Shown here: piece after piece, positions 19,367 to 30,033 of the stretch
Layout of the letters: each line of letters begins with the position of its first letter
Numbering within the stretch: position 1 is the stretch's first letter
DNA from: an uncultured Ignavibacteria bacterium
GTDB taxonomy: Bacteria > Zixibacteria > MSB-5A5 > RBG-16-43-9
Direction: 5' to 3'
DNA length: 64,000 nt
Assembly: GCA_964570765.1 (NCBI GenBank)
Contig: CAZMZF010000001.1
Location: forward strand, 47,626 to 111,625
Notes under the pieces: generated by a model
Database searches by the model: none
Seen by the model: the letters and a program-made list of their open reading frames with translations, nothing else
What the model was told of the DNA's origin: nothing
Translations under genes and position numbers: made by a program

Positions 19367-19867
19367 AGATTTCCCTTGTCAAAAAAGTTCGGTATAATAT
19401 ATTGATTAAGAAGATATTTATCAACAGAAAAGATGAAAAGAAATATCAGATTTTATATTAAACGATAGAATTTAAAATACATAAAAGGGCGACCCGCCGG
19501 GTCGTCCCTACGATCTGTAAACGATGAAAGAACGTTGTAAGGAGAGAGGATAGGGGAGAGGTTTTATTTTGTCGATAAAGGAATTAAGACCAGTAGGGCG
19601 GAAACCTTCAGGTTTCCATATTATTTGAAAATGGAAAGTTGAAATCTCAAGACTTTGTCCGAAATTGGATCCATAGGAACGGTCTTCCGCTACAAAAAAC
19701 AAGAAGAGGGCAGGGGAGAGGTTTTAAAAAATTCTTGCCAAAAATAATTTATATGCTATACTTACAAGTGGAGAAGTAAGTTAGACACCAGAGAGTTTCC
19801 GTCAAGTCAGTCCGCCTGAGGTGGATGACGGGCATATTGAAAAATAAAAAATTGGAAGGAGGTTTTT

Positions 19868-20248
19868 ATGGCCTTCTGTCTTTTCTGCGGAAAAGAAATA
19901 ATGGAGGGTAATAACTTTTGTCAATTTTGTGGTTACTCGAACAGTTTAGCCCTTCCCTTTCCTTCAACTAAGATTAGCTTTTCTAATATATTATTAGCTT
20001 CCTTGGGATTGATTTCAGGAATAGGCTCATGTATTTTCTCTTTGCTCCCATATTACAATTATTTAGGATTTATTCTGGTCATATCCACGGTTGTCTTTTC
20101 AGGTATTTCTCTGGAGAAACTCGCTAAAAAATTTGACACTGTTCCGATTAAAGTTCTTTCAGTAATTGCTCTGGTTTTTGCTGCGGTAGGCTACCTTCTT
20201 TTTATTTTTTATAACTCCCGTATGCCTGGCAGTGGGAGCCATGCTTGA
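19868..20248 (+). CDS. Small membrane protein with an N-terminal zinc-ribbon (CxxC...CxxC)
   Basis: CLFCGKEI...CQFCG followed by 3 hydrophobic helices. Confidence 0.5.
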   Translation: MAFCLFCGKEIMEGNNFCQFCGYSNSLALPFPSTKISFSNILLASLGLISGIGSCIFSLLPYYNYLGFILVISTVVFSGISLEKLAKKFDTVPIKVLSVIALVFAAVGYLLFIFYNSRMPGSGSHA

Positions 20249-20448
20249 GTCTATAAGGGCACGGCGTCCATGCTCCTACAATAAAAAATGGAAGGCTAAA
20301 GCCTTCCGCTATAAAAAAACGTCAGGGTCAAACCCTGACGCTACGAAAATATTGGTAACGCCCGACCATCGTATGGGGCGTTTATTTTTCGTCCGATCCT
20401 GCGGATCCGTTAATGGGACAGAAACGCCGGAAGTTATATTAAAGTATT

Positions 20449-21516
20449 TTAATACTCTTTTTCTTTTTCTTCTCCGGTCAACACCCTCAAAACCCCTAAG
20501 GTTAAAGCTTCCATCTCATCTTCTCCCGGGAAGACCAGAACTTTGGAGAGGAAATCGACCCTCGGTTTGATCATATTTATCAATCTTTCCGAATTGGCTA
20601 TCCCACCAGTTAGTATGATTGCATCTACTTTGCCAGATAGAGTGGTTGCCATAGCCCCGATCTCTTTAGCAATCTGATAGACCATTGCCTCATAGGTCAG
20701 TTTTGCTTTTTTATCTCCAGAATCGATCATTTTTTCAATTTCTTCCACATCGTCTGTATCCAGATAAGCTAAGAGTCCACCTTTTTTGGTTATCTTATCA
20801 TACATCTCTGCATAAGTATATTTACCAGAGAAGCAAAGTTTTGCTAAACCCGTTACTGGCAGGCTCCCGCACCTCTGGGGTGAGAAAGGTCCACCATCAT
20901 TAGCATTATTTACATCGATCATCTGCCCTTTTAAATGGGAACTAACGCTGATTCCTGAACCAAGATGCACGATGATCAGATTAAGCTCCTCATATCTTTT
21001 TCCTAATTCAAATGCAGCTTTCCTTGCTACCATCTTGATATTCAAAGCATGCGAAAGGCTTTTCCTTTCTAATTCCGGCAGACCAGAAATTCGTGCAATA
21101 GGTGGGAATTCATCCACCGAGACCGGATCAACAATGAAGGCAGGTATCTCAGTTTCTCTGGTTAACTCATTAGCGATTAACGCCCCGAGATTAGAAACAT
21201 GGTCTGCCTGGACATTTCCAGCTCTTATATCTGAAAGCATCCTCTGATTAACTCGATAAGTGCCACTGGATAAGGGCTTAAAAGCACCTCCTCTTCCTAC
21301 CACTGCAGAAAGGTTCATAATTTTTAGATTGTTCCTTTTCAAAAACTCTAAAACAATATTCTTTCTGTAATCTAACTGATCTAAGGTCTTGGCATAAACT
21401 TTAAGCTCCTCTGCAGAATGTCTTAAAACCTCCACGATCAGAGGATTTTTATCCACATACAAAGCTACCTTGGTGGAAGTTGCCCCTGGATTAATGCTTA
21501 AGATTTTATAAGACAT
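20449..21516 (-). CDS. buk: Butyrate kinase, second paralogue
   Basis: ILSINPGATSTKVA N-terminus. Roughly 45% identical to 11159-12250. Confidence 0.9.
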   Translation of the reverse strand: MSYKILSINPGATSTKVALYVDKNPLIVEVLRHSAEELKVYAKTLDQLDYRKNIVLEFLKRNNLKIMNLSAVVGRGGAFKPLSSGTYRVNQRMLSDIRAGNVQADHVSNLGALIANELTRETEIPAFIVDPVSVDEFPPIARISGLPELERKSLSHALNIKMVARKAAFELGKRYEELNLIIVHLGSGISVSSHLKGQMIDVNNANDGGPFSPQRCGSLPVTGLAKLCFSGKYTYAEMYDKITKKGGLLAYLDTDDVEEIEKMIDSGDKKAKLTYEAMVYQIAKEIGAMATTLSGKVDAIILTGGIANSERLINMIKPRVDFLSKVLVFPGEDEMEALTLGVLRVLTGEEKEKEY

Positions 21517-21706
21517 GTTAGACGTTAGACGGAAGACGTGAGACGATTTTTATCGTTATCCAATATCTGCCATCCGTTATTTTCTATTTTAATTTCCCCT
21601 CTTCCTTCTTCCATCTTCCTTTGCTAAGGGCAGACACATAAGTCTACCATTTTTTATCTGTCATCCATCATTCGACATTCGTCATTCTTTTTATCTTCCT
21701 TTTCTT

Positions 21707-22771
21707 TTAGGCATGTCTCTGTCTGAACTTTTTCACCTCGGCGATTCTGGCTTTGGCTAAGATATTAGCGGCTTTGTAGGTTGGTATTTTCGATTCCTCA
21801 GAAATCTCTAAGATTCTTTTCATAATATCATAAATTCCAGTTGCCTGTTTTATCGCTTTTTCTTTAATATAACCTCCTAATTCATTAGCCACATTGATCA
21901 TTCCGCCTGCACCGATTACAAAATCTGGCGCATAGAGGATTCCTTTCTTGTGCAAAATCTCTCCATATTTTTCATCTGCTAATTGATTATTGGCTGGACC
22001 AGCTATTATTTTAACTTTAAACTTCTCAACCGTTTCAGCATTTATCACTCCACCTAAGGCACAGGGGGAGAAAACATCCGCTTTAATTTCGAAGATCTTT
22101 TCTGGCGAAACTATCTCTGCGCCTAACTCCTGTCTGGCTTTCTCGGTTTTCTCCGTTATAATATCCGCAACGATCAATCTGCATCCTGCCTCTTTCAATT
22201 TCTGAGCCAGATGATACCCTACATGACCTACTCCTTGAATCGCTACTGAAACACCTTCCAACGATTTTCTGTTAAAAACTTTTTCTACACAGGCTAAAAG
22301 CCCATGGTATAATCCGATAGCTGTAATCGGTCCTGGGTCTCCGCTCCCACCTAAAGCTCTGGAGAGACCCACTACGTATTTGGTCTCATATCGGACAATC
22401 TCCATATCCTCAACTGTGGTTCCAACATCTTCGGCAGTGATATATCTACCATTAAGACCTTGCACAAACCTTCCGAATGCCCTTAAGAGTAATTCGTTTT
22501 TATCTCTGAGAGGGTCTCCAATTATCACCCCTTGACCTCCACCTAAGTTAATCCCGGCAGCAGAGGCTTTATAAGTCATAGCTTTAGAAAGAAGCAATAC
22601 ATCTTTTAACGCCTCCTCCTCAGATTTGTAAGGAAACATCCTTACTCCACCAATTGCCGGCCCTAAGGTGGTATCATGAATAGCGATGATTCCCCGGAGC
22701 TGTGCTACTTTATCCGAGCAGAAGATTATCTGCTCATGTTGGTCTTCAGCTAAAGATTCAAAAATTTCCAT
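21707..22771 (-). CDS. Leucine/valine dehydrogenase, second paralogue
   Basis: IIAIHDTTLGPAIGGVR and GVGHVG motifs. Confidence 0.85.
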   Translation of the reverse strand: MEIFESLAEDQHEQIIFCSDKVAQLRGIIAIHDTTLGPAIGGVRMFPYKSEEEALKDVLLLSKAMTYKASAAGINLGGGQGVIIGDPLRDKNELLLRAFGRFVQGLNGRYITAEDVGTTVEDMEIVRYETKYVVGLSRALGGSGDPGPITAIGLYHGLLACVEKVFNRKSLEGVSVAIQGVGHVGYHLAQKLKEAGCRLIVADIITEKTEKARQELGAEIVSPEKIFEIKADVFSPCALGGVINAETVEKFKVKIIAGPANNQLADEKYGEILHKKGILYAPDFVIGAGGMINVANELGGYIKEKAIKQATGIYDIMKRILEISEESKIPTYKAANILAKARIAEVKKFRQRHA

Positions 22772-22929
22772 AGTTTAATTAATTTAAAGTTTGTAAATTA
22801 GTAGTGCGACCCTTTTAGGGTCGCCTTAGCGAGGCTAAAAGCCTCGCACTACGAAAGCTTCCTGGTAAACCTGAAGGTTTACACTCCATAATTACGTTCA
22901 CGAAAAACGAATAACGTTCACGTTTTTTC

Positions 22930-23703
22930 CTAAACCCAGTTCGGTTTTCTTTTCTGTAAAAATGCCTCCATCCCTTCTTTTGCTTCTCCGGAGGCGAAAC
23001 ACTCCCCAAAAGCATCCACTTCAAAGGAACTCCCTGTGGCAAAATCTGTTTCTACTCCCCGGCTTATTACCCTTTTAGCCTGTCTAACTGCAGTTGGTCC
23101 TTTGGAAGCTATTTTTCTTGCCATCTCCATACAGACATCCATCAGGTTATCATGGGGGACCACTTGATTAACCAGTCCGATATTCAAAGCAGTTTGAGCA
23201 TCGACTATATCTGCAGTTAAAATCAACTCCTTAGCTTTAGCAGCACCTACCATTCGAGCCAATCTTTGAGTTCCGGCAAAACCAGGAATTACTCCTAAGT
23301 TCACCTCCGGCTGTCCTAATTTAGCTTTGTCTGAAGCTATCCTGATGTCACAAGCCATAGCTAACTCACACCCTCCGCCTAAAGCGAAACCATTGACCGC
23401 GGCAATGACTGGCTTATCCTGAGATTCTATCAGGGAGAAAACTTTTTGTCCCATCTCAGAGAAATCTATTGCCTGTTGTCTGGTCATATCTTTCATCTCT
23501 GTAATATCCGCTCCGGCCACGAATGCCTTTCCCTCTCCAGTAATTATAATTACTTTGATCTTTTCATCTCTGCTCCACTGATGGGCTATATCGTTAAGCT
23601 CATGAATGGTCTCAGTATTTAAGGCATTTAACTGCATAGGTCGGTTTATCTTTATTATGCCGATACTGTCTTTAATCTCAGATAGAAGATTCTTATATTC
23701 CAT
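22930..23703 (-). CDS. Enoyl-CoA hydratase (crotonase family)
   Basis: 257 aa. Crotonase fold with the oxyanion-hole pattern (AAVNGFALGGGCELA). Confidence 0.85.
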   Translation of the reverse strand: MEYKNLLSEIKDSIGIIKINRPMQLNALNTETIHELNDIAHQWSRDEKIKVIIITGEGKAFVAGADITEMKDMTRQQAIDFSEMGQKVFSLIESQDKPVIAAVNGFALGGGCELAMACDIRIASDKAKLGQPEVNLGVIPGFAGTQRLARMVGAAKAKELILTADIVDAQTALNIGLVNQVVPHDNLMDVCMEMARKIASKGPTAVRQAKRVISRGVETDFATGSSFEVDAFGECFASGEAKEGMEAFLQKRKPNWV

Positions 23704-23917
23704 TTCTCCTCCTTTGATTGTTGAATTGTTTTTCGTAGTGCGACCCTTCAGGGTCGCTTAAGCAAGACTAAAGCCTCGCACTTCTTTTTGAAGTCTACAG
23801 GCTAAAATCCGTAGGGACAACCCTTATGATTGTCCGAAATCGGTAGAACAGACATTCCTGTCTGTTCATCGTAGTCAGACAAGAATGTCTGACTTACCAA
23901 TACCAAGAGCCTATTGC

Positions 23918-25051
23918 CTATTTCATCAGTTCCCTGAAGATAACCAATCTCTGTATTTCTGAAGTTCCCTCACCTATCTCACAGAGCTTTATATCCCGCA
24001 GATACCTTTCCACTGGATAATCTCTGGAATAACCATATCCTCCAAAGATTTGAATTGCCTGATAGGTAACAAATCTACCAACTTCAGAAGCAAAAAGTTT
24101 TGCCATAGCAGATTCTTTAACGTATTTCTCTCCTCTGTCTTCTAAAAAGGCAGAGTGGTAGATCAGATGACGGGCGGCTTCAATCTGAGTTGCCATATCA
24201 GCTAATTTAAACTGGATTGCCTGAAATTCAATCAAAGGTTTTTCAAATTGAACCCTTTCCCTGGCATACCGCAAAGCTTTATCAAATGCGCCTTGAGCTA
24301 TGCCTAAAGCCATTGCACCTATACTTATCCTGCCTCCATCTAAGGTAATCAAAAATTGCTTGAACCCTTCGCCTTCTTTGCCTAAAAGATTTTCTCTTGG
24401 AACTTTCAAATCTTCAAAATGTAAGGTGGCGGTATCAGAACCTCGTATACCCATCTTGGTTTCTTTTTTGCCTACGGAGAATCCTTTCATCCCTTTTTCG
24501 AGGATAAATGAACTTATACCTCTGGTACCTTTGGTTTTGTCTGTTACTGCGGTTATTATGAAGGTCTCTGCCACTGAGGCGTTAGTGATAAAACATTTAG
24601 AACCGTTGATTATATAACTATCACCATCTAAAACTGCTGTGGTTTTAGTTCCTCCAGCATCTGAGCCTGCATCAGGTTCAGTTAAACCAAAAGCGCCTAA
24701 CTTCTCACCCTTAGCTAAAGGTGGAATATATCTTTTCTTCTGTTCTTCACTCCCGAAAAGGTAGAGCGGGCAGATAGCCAAAGAATTATGTGCGGCAACT
24801 GTTATTCCAGTTGAGCCACAAACCCGGGAGAGCTCCTCTACTGCGATCGCATATCTCAATGTATCTATTCCTGTTCCTCCATACTCAGGAGGGACTACCA
24901 TCCCTAAAAGACCAAGATTTGCAACCTTTTTTATATTTTCGTAAGGGAACTCTGCCTTCTCGTCTATTTTTTGAGCTTCAGGCTCTATAACTTTTTCTGC
25001 AAACTCCCTTATCTTATTCCTGAAATCTTCATATTTTTTATCTAAATACAT
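23918..25051 (-). CDS. Acyl-CoA dehydrogenase
   Basis: 377 aa. ACAD N/M/C domain pattern, catalytic Glu near the C-terminus ([10 protein letters not shown]). Confidence 0.9.
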   Translation of the reverse strand: MYLDKKYEDFRNKIREFAEKVIEPEAQKIDEKAEFPYENIKKVANLGLLGMVVPPEYGGTGIDTLRYAIAVEELSRVCGSTGITVAAHNSLAICPLYLFGSEEQKKRYIPPLAKGEKLGAFGLTEPDAGSDAGGTKTTAVLDGDSYIINGSKCFITNASVAETFIITAVTDKTKGTRGISSFILEKGMKGFSVGKKETKMGIRGSDTATLHFEDLKVPRENLLGKEGEGFKQFLITLDGGRISIGAMALGIAQGAFDKALRYARERVQFEKPLIEFQAIQFKLADMATQIEAARHLIYHSAFLEDRGEKYVKESAMAKLFASEVGRFVTYQAIQIFGGYGYSRDYPVERYLRDIKLCEIGEGTSEIQRLVIFRELMK

Positions 25052-25080
25052 TATGTTCCCCTATTCTATGGATCCGTTTT

Positions 25081-26223
25081 TTAGGATTTCAAAAGGTCTC
25101 TGGAGATGACCATCCTCTGAGCTTCAGAGGTTCCTTCATAGATCTCGGTTACCCTGGCATCCCGGAAATATCTTTCCACTGCATATTCTTTCATATATCC
25201 ATACCCGCCGTGAATCTGAACCGCCTCGTTCACCACATAATTGGCTATTTCAGAAGAAAAGAGCTTAGCCATTGAAGCCTCTATACTGCATCTTATTTTA
25301 TTCTGTTTCAACCAGGCGGCACGATAGACTAAAAGGCGTGCGGCTTCTATCTGGGTAGCCATATTAGCTAATTTGAATTGAATCGCCTGAAAGTTGCAGA
25401 TTGGCTGACCGAATTGAACTCTTTCTTTTGAATATTTTAAAGCTTCAGCCAGGGCTGATTGGGCAATTCCTATGGATTGAGCACCTACTCCGATCCTTCC
25501 AGAATCAAGTAACTCCAGAGCTATGCGGAAACCTTTGTTTTCCTCTCCAATTAAATTTTCTTTAGGCACAAGGCAATCCTCAAAGGAGATCTCTCTGGTA
25601 TCAGAGCCTCTGATCCCCATTTTCTTTTCTTTGGCACCAATATTAAACCCTTTTAATCCTTTTTCTACTAAAAGGCAGGAGATACCTTTGGATTTAGCCT
25701 CTGCATTGGTTAAAACAAAAAGGACAAAAAGGTCTGCTATTCCGCCATTGGTTACGAAGGTTTTAGTGCCGTTAACCAAATAGTGGTCCCCTTTTAAGAA
25801 AGCACTTGTTTTTAAACTTCCAGCATCGGTTCCAGCCTGCGGTTCAGTTAAAGAGTAAGCACCGATAAATTCACCTTTAGTTAATTTAGGCAGATATTTT
25901 TTCTTCTGCTCCTCAGTACCAAATTTATATATGGCCTCGCAGACTAAGCAATTATGAACAGATAAGGAGATCATTAAGGCGGCACAGGCTTTGGCAAACT
26001 CCTCCATAGTCAGAATGTAGCTGATGAAATCTAAGCCAGAGCCACCATACTCTTCTGGCATCAACATTCCCAAGTAACCTAACTCAGCTAATTCTTTATA
26101 AAGCTCCTTTGGAAGCTCTTCCTTCTCATCGAACTCTTGAGCTTTAGGAGCTAACTTCTCAGAAGCAAATTCCCTGGCGGCTTCCTTTATCATCTTTTGA
26201 TCTTCATTAAATTCAAAGTCCAT
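25081..26223 (-). CDS. Acyl-CoA dehydrogenase (paralogue)
   Basis: 380 aa. IYEGTSEAQR motif. Confidence 0.9.
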   Translation of the reverse strand: MDFEFNEDQKMIKEAAREFASEKLAPKAQEFDEKEELPKELYKELAELGYLGMLMPEEYGGSGLDFISYILTMEEFAKACAALMISLSVHNCLVCEAIYKFGTEEQKKKYLPKLTKGEFIGAYSLTEPQAGTDAGSLKTSAFLKGDHYLVNGTKTFVTNGGIADLFVLFVLTNAEAKSKGISCLLVEKGLKGFNIGAKEKKMGIRGSDTREISFEDCLVPKENLIGEENKGFRIALELLDSGRIGVGAQSIGIAQSALAEALKYSKERVQFGQPICNFQAIQFKLANMATQIEAARLLVYRAAWLKQNKIRCSIEASMAKLFSSEIANYVVNEAVQIHGGYGYMKEYAVERYFRDARVTEIYEGTSEAQRMVISRDLLKS

Positions 26224-26380
26224 AATTTTCTCCTGGTTAAGCGATTTTAAAAATTTATTTATAACATTAGAAATTCGGCGGGCAAGGGTGCCCGCCCTAC
26301 GATATATAAAAAATTTAACAACCGTAGGTGGGGCTCCCAGCCCCGCAATTTTAGTTTTTCAGAGACCTCTTCATATTTTT

Positions 26381-27628
26381 TTACTCAGCTTTTTTGAAAA
26401 TCATAGCAGTAACAGTTTTATCGTTACCACCCATGCTGATCATCAGAGCGTAAGGTTTATTCGGGTTAAGTTTTACCTGATAATCACTGGCTTTACCTGT
26501 TAGCTGATGCACACAATCCACTGCTTGCCTGACACCTGTTCCACCAACGTAATGACCAAAACCGACCAAACCGCCACCTGGGTTTGTAGGAAGCTCACTC
26601 TGTAAATTGGTCTTTCCTTCCTGGACGAAAGCTGAGCCTTCTCCATATTTAACAAAACCAGCCGCCTCTAAAGCCAGAAGACCGCCTACAGTGAAACAAT
26701 CATGAACCTCTAAAACACCAATATCCTCAGGACTGAGCCCGGCCATCTGGAAGGCTTTTTCAACCGCTTTCTTGGTCGTGCTCATCACTGTAAGATCTGG
26801 AGGGGTTTTGGTGATATCAGCCACCGCTGTCCCGAATCCTACCACTTCTATTGCACCTTTCTTATCCACACCTATTTTCTTCAACCCCTCTTCTGAAGCG
26901 AAAATTAAAGCAGAGGCTCCATCAGAAACTTTAGAGCAATCATAAATATTGAGATGGTCAACAAAAACTTTGGGATTAGAAGGGGTCATTCCTGCTGCAA
27001 ATAAGTCTTCTATACTATTATGATATTCCTGAGCTTTTGGATTTTTTCGGGCATTTTCTATGGCTTGTTTATACCATAAAGCCATACCTTTTCTCATATA
27101 TTCATAACCGAATTTATCATAACAAACACCAGCTCTATCTGAGAATAGAGCCGGGAAAAAGTAGGCATGCCCATTTTTCCTCTCTGAGGCATAATGTCCT
27201 GCCCCAGCTAATATGTCTGCCCCGTAGATAGCTTTGACTGTGTTCTGTACCTCTACTCCAATGGTCAACACCACATCCGATATATCTGAGCAGATGCTCT
27301 TCACCGAGGTAAGCAAAGCCAATCCCCCCGAACCGCAAGCACCTTCCACTCTGGTATGGGGTTTATACTCCAGGGAAGGGTGAACAGTGGGAATGAGGGC
27401 GGCTAAGTTCCCCTGTTTATTAAATCTTGCAGCCATAAAGTTGGAGATTATACCTTCATCTATATTTTCCGGATTATTTATCTGAGAAATCACTCCTCTA
27501 CCCGCCTCCTGAATATAATCCTCCAATCCCGGTCTGGGTTTTTTGGGGTTAAACTCTTTTCTCCCTGAGCCAAATGAAATGGTATTATATCCAGCGGTTA
27601 GATAGACTTTCTTCCTTAGTCTGGTCAT
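26381..27628 (-). CDS. Thiolase-like protein (SCP-x / nonspecific lipid-transfer-type thiolase family)
   Basis: 415 aa. Thiolase fold with Cys-containing segments (GACGSGG, HDCFTV). Confidence 0.7.
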   Translation of the reverse strand: MTRLRKKVYLTAGYNTISFGSGRKEFNPKKPRPGLEDYIQEAGRGVISQINNPENIDEGIISNFMAARFNKQGNLAALIPTVHPSLEYKPHTRVEGACGSGGLALLTSVKSICSDISDVVLTIGVEVQNTVKAIYGADILAGAGHYASERKNGHAYFFPALFSDRAGVCYDKFGYEYMRKGMALWYKQAIENARKNPKAQEYHNSIEDLFAAGMTPSNPKVFVDHLNIYDCSKVSDGASALIFASEEGLKKIGVDKKGAIEVVGFGTAVADITKTPPDLTVMSTTKKAVEKAFQMAGLSPEDIGVLEVHDCFTVGGLLALEAAGFVKYGEGSAFVQEGKTNLQSELPTNPGGGLVGFGHYVGGTGVRQAVDCVHQLTGKASDYQVKLNPNKPYALMISMGGNDKTVTAMIFKKAE

Positions 27629-27640
27629 CTTTTTCCTCCC

Positions 27641-28981
27641 TTAAATATAATCGTTTATTGGTCCATAGATGTGATAAAAGCCATTTAACAATACATTATT
27701 AACATCTTCAGCAGTTTTAGCCACACCGGTTCTCACTAATTTTTCTCCAACTTCTTTGGAGTTTTTGAGGTAGGCTAAAGCAAGTTTTGCTCCGAGTGTG
27801 TTTGAGGCTCTTAGATTCTGGAAAAAGGCTGAAAGCTTATCACCTTTCTTCGGGTCCATCAGTAAATTTTTCCAGGGTGAAAAACCAGAAGGATATTCGC
27901 CTAATTTTTTATCTATATCCCCGGTCCAGCCCTGAGGGTTGAAAAGCTTATATTCTCCTTTGTCTAGGTCATAGACCCCGACTGGTCTATTCTTATCATA
28001 TTTCAGGAAACCATCCTTCTGGGTGTTGTCGCTTCTCTGTCCGCCCAGGACCTTTTTGTCATACATTTTTTTCAGAAGGTCATCTTTTAAATCTTCATCT
28101 TCGATATATTGAGCGCTCGTCTCAGATATGCTCTGGAAAACATCCACCCCCACATAATCGATCAACTGGAAGATTCCCATAGGTCTGATCAACAAATCTT
28201 GACTGATTTTATTCATTATATAAAGAGCACCGGGAAGTGTATAATTTCCGGATAATTTCTTAGCTTCTCTTAAGGCATAAAGACCATCTCTTAAGAAATG
28301 TCCATTCCCGATAAATCCAGCAATGTCGTTGGATGGAACGATTTTTTTATTCAACCTTTTTGCCAGATCAAGGGAGAAATCTTTCACTTCTTGAATAGTA
28401 GCATCTGTGGAGATAAGCTCTGCTAATCTCTGAACTGCAGGTGGATTATAAAAATGGAATCCGATTATTCTCCCTCCAAGGTTGGCTTCTTTGTTTAAAA
28501 TATTTATAGGTATAGATGATGTATTGGTAAGGTAGAGGGTGTCTTTGCTACAGAATTTGTCAATCTTTTTCAACAGATCTACTTTTAAATCCTTATTTTC
28601 CAGGACTGCCTCAAAGATGACCTTGGAATCTTTTGCCATTCCCAGATCTGTTCCGGTTCGGATTACCGAGAGTGCATCCTCTACAAACTGGTTAATACAA
28701 TCGTAATTCTCCACTAGATCTTCTCTATCTTTATATAACTGCCTTAACATCACACAGGATTTTTCACCAGCTTTGACTAACTGGGACTTCAGATATTGCA
28801 ATAGACCTGCAAGTGAATCGTAATTAATATCTATCAGGTAGAGTCGATAATTTTTATCCTTGTTCTCAGGTTTGTTTTTCAGTCTGGCCATCTCCTGAGC
28901 TAAAAGCAAAGCTATTCCGCTCCCCATCTTTCCCGCCGCCCCGATTATTACCACATTTTGCAGCCTCTCATCAAAATTCAT
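27641..28981 (-). CDS. 3-Hydroxyacyl-CoA dehydrogenase (NAD-binding) with a C-terminal extension
   Basis: VVIIGAAGKMGSGIA Rossmann motif. 446 aa. Confidence 0.75.
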   Translation of the reverse strand: MNFDERLQNVVIIGAAGKMGSGIALLLAQEMARLKNKPENKDKNYRLYLIDINYDSLAGLLQYLKSQLVKAGEKSCVMLRQLYKDREDLVENYDCINQFVEDALSVIRTGTDLGMAKDSKVIFEAVLENKDLKVDLLKKIDKFCSKDTLYLTNTSSIPINILNKEANLGGRIIGFHFYNPPAVQRLAELISTDATIQEVKDFSLDLAKRLNKKIVPSNDIAGFIGNGHFLRDGLYALREAKKLSGNYTLPGALYIMNKISQDLLIRPMGIFQLIDYVGVDVFQSISETSAQYIEDEDLKDDLLKKMYDKKVLGGQRSDNTQKDGFLKYDKNRPVGVYDLDKGEYKLFNPQGWTGDIDKKLGEYPSGFSPWKNLLMDPKKGDKLSAFFQNLRASNTLGAKLALAYLKNSKEVGEKLVRTGVAKTAEDVNNVLLNGFYHIYGPINDYI

Positions 28982-29505
28982 CGAGTAAACCTCCTGTTCT
29001 TGTGATTTATATCAAAAAAAGCAAAAATTCTTCTGTTTTATATATAATCTTTTTTAAATCAAGATTCAAGGATTTTCTTTCATACTTTGAGATTTTTTTC
29101 ACAAGGTATTTTATAGGGACCACCCTTGTTGAACTTTGTGAAATCCCCGCCAAAGGCGGGGGTGGTTGTCCGTATTTCGTAGTGCGACCCTTTTAGGGTC
29201 GCCTGGGAACTATCTATTGCGGAGACGCATGCAATGCGTCTCTACGTTTCTTTTAGCTTCTGCGGAGCAAGTCCGCCTCTGGCGGAAGCTTACGATTCTA
29301 CATTTGTCATTTCCTACGGATCCGTTTCTCGGACTGAGCAAGTCCGCCTTTGGCGAGACGATCGAAGAATCTCTTAAACTTGACAAGAGAATAGATTCTT
29401 CGTCCGCCTTTGGCGAGACTCAGAATGACAGTTCATTGTGTCCCTTGAGCCTTTGAACCCCTCAACCACATAAGCGAGGCTAAAGCCTCGCACTACGAAA
29501 AAAAT
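28982..29505. repeat. 524-bp intergenic region made almost entirely of REP palindromes inside a long minus-strand catabolic gene string
   Basis: Palindrome families CCGCCAAAGGCGG, GTAGTGCGACCC...GGGTCGC, GAGACGCATGCAATGCGTCTC, TCCGCCTCTGGCGGA, ...CTCAGAATGAC and GCGAGGCTAAAGCCTCGCACTAC. Confidence 0.6.
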
Positions 29506-30033
29506 TCATTTTTCTTCTTCCAACTCCATAATAGGCTCTTCGGTATCGACCATCTGGTTTTCTTTGAAATTTACCTTTTTAACCACTCCATCTAAAGCCG
29601 ATTTTATCTCATGCTCCATCTTCATTGCCTCTACGATTGCCAGGCTCTGTTTCTTTTTTACCTTCTCACCTTCAGAAACTAAAATTTTAAGTATCCGTCC
29701 TGGCATTGGAGCACAGATTAATTGTTTACCTTCAGCTAAACCTGATTCTTCTTCTTTTCTTTTAGCTCGGGTGGCTTCTTTTTCCTGGAGGATGAATTGT
29801 TCACCCTGAATAAATATGAATCTTTTATTCTCACCCTCAGCCATATAAATTGTCTGAATATTTCCATCGATCTCGAAGGATAAGCAGTTTGGAGAGATAA
29901 TTTGACAATCTACCTCCATTTTGTTATTCCTGAAATCTACAGAGTATTTCTCACCCTTTTTCTCTATATGTACTTTATAGATTTTATCCTCTAAGAGGAA
30001 TTCAAATTCCATAGTTATCCACCTATTTCCCAT
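29506..30033 (-). CDS. Biotin carboxyl carrier protein (second set)
   Basis: IVEAMKMEHEI biotinylation motif. Confidence 0.8.
   Translation of the reverse strand: MGNRWITMEFEFLLEDKIYKVHIEKKGEKYSVDFRNNKMEVDCQIISPNCLSFEIDGNIQTIYMAEGENKRFIFIQGEQFILQEKEATRAKRKEEESGLAEGKQLICAPMPGRILKILVSEGEKVKKKQSLAIVEAMKMEHEIKSALDGVVKKVNFKENQMVDTEEPIMELEEEK

Noticed and set aside
20232-20570. 112-aa + strand ORF
   Set aside because: It runs through REP palindromes and overlaps the 3' end of buk2 on the opposite strand. Composition is Arg/Ser-rich, typical of a GC-rich palindrome read-through.
29166-29456. 96-aa + strand ORF (also 29002-29196)
   Set aside because: It is wholly inside the 524-bp REP array between the hydroxyacyl-CoA dehydrogenase and BCCP genes. 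It is low-complexity and has no RBS.
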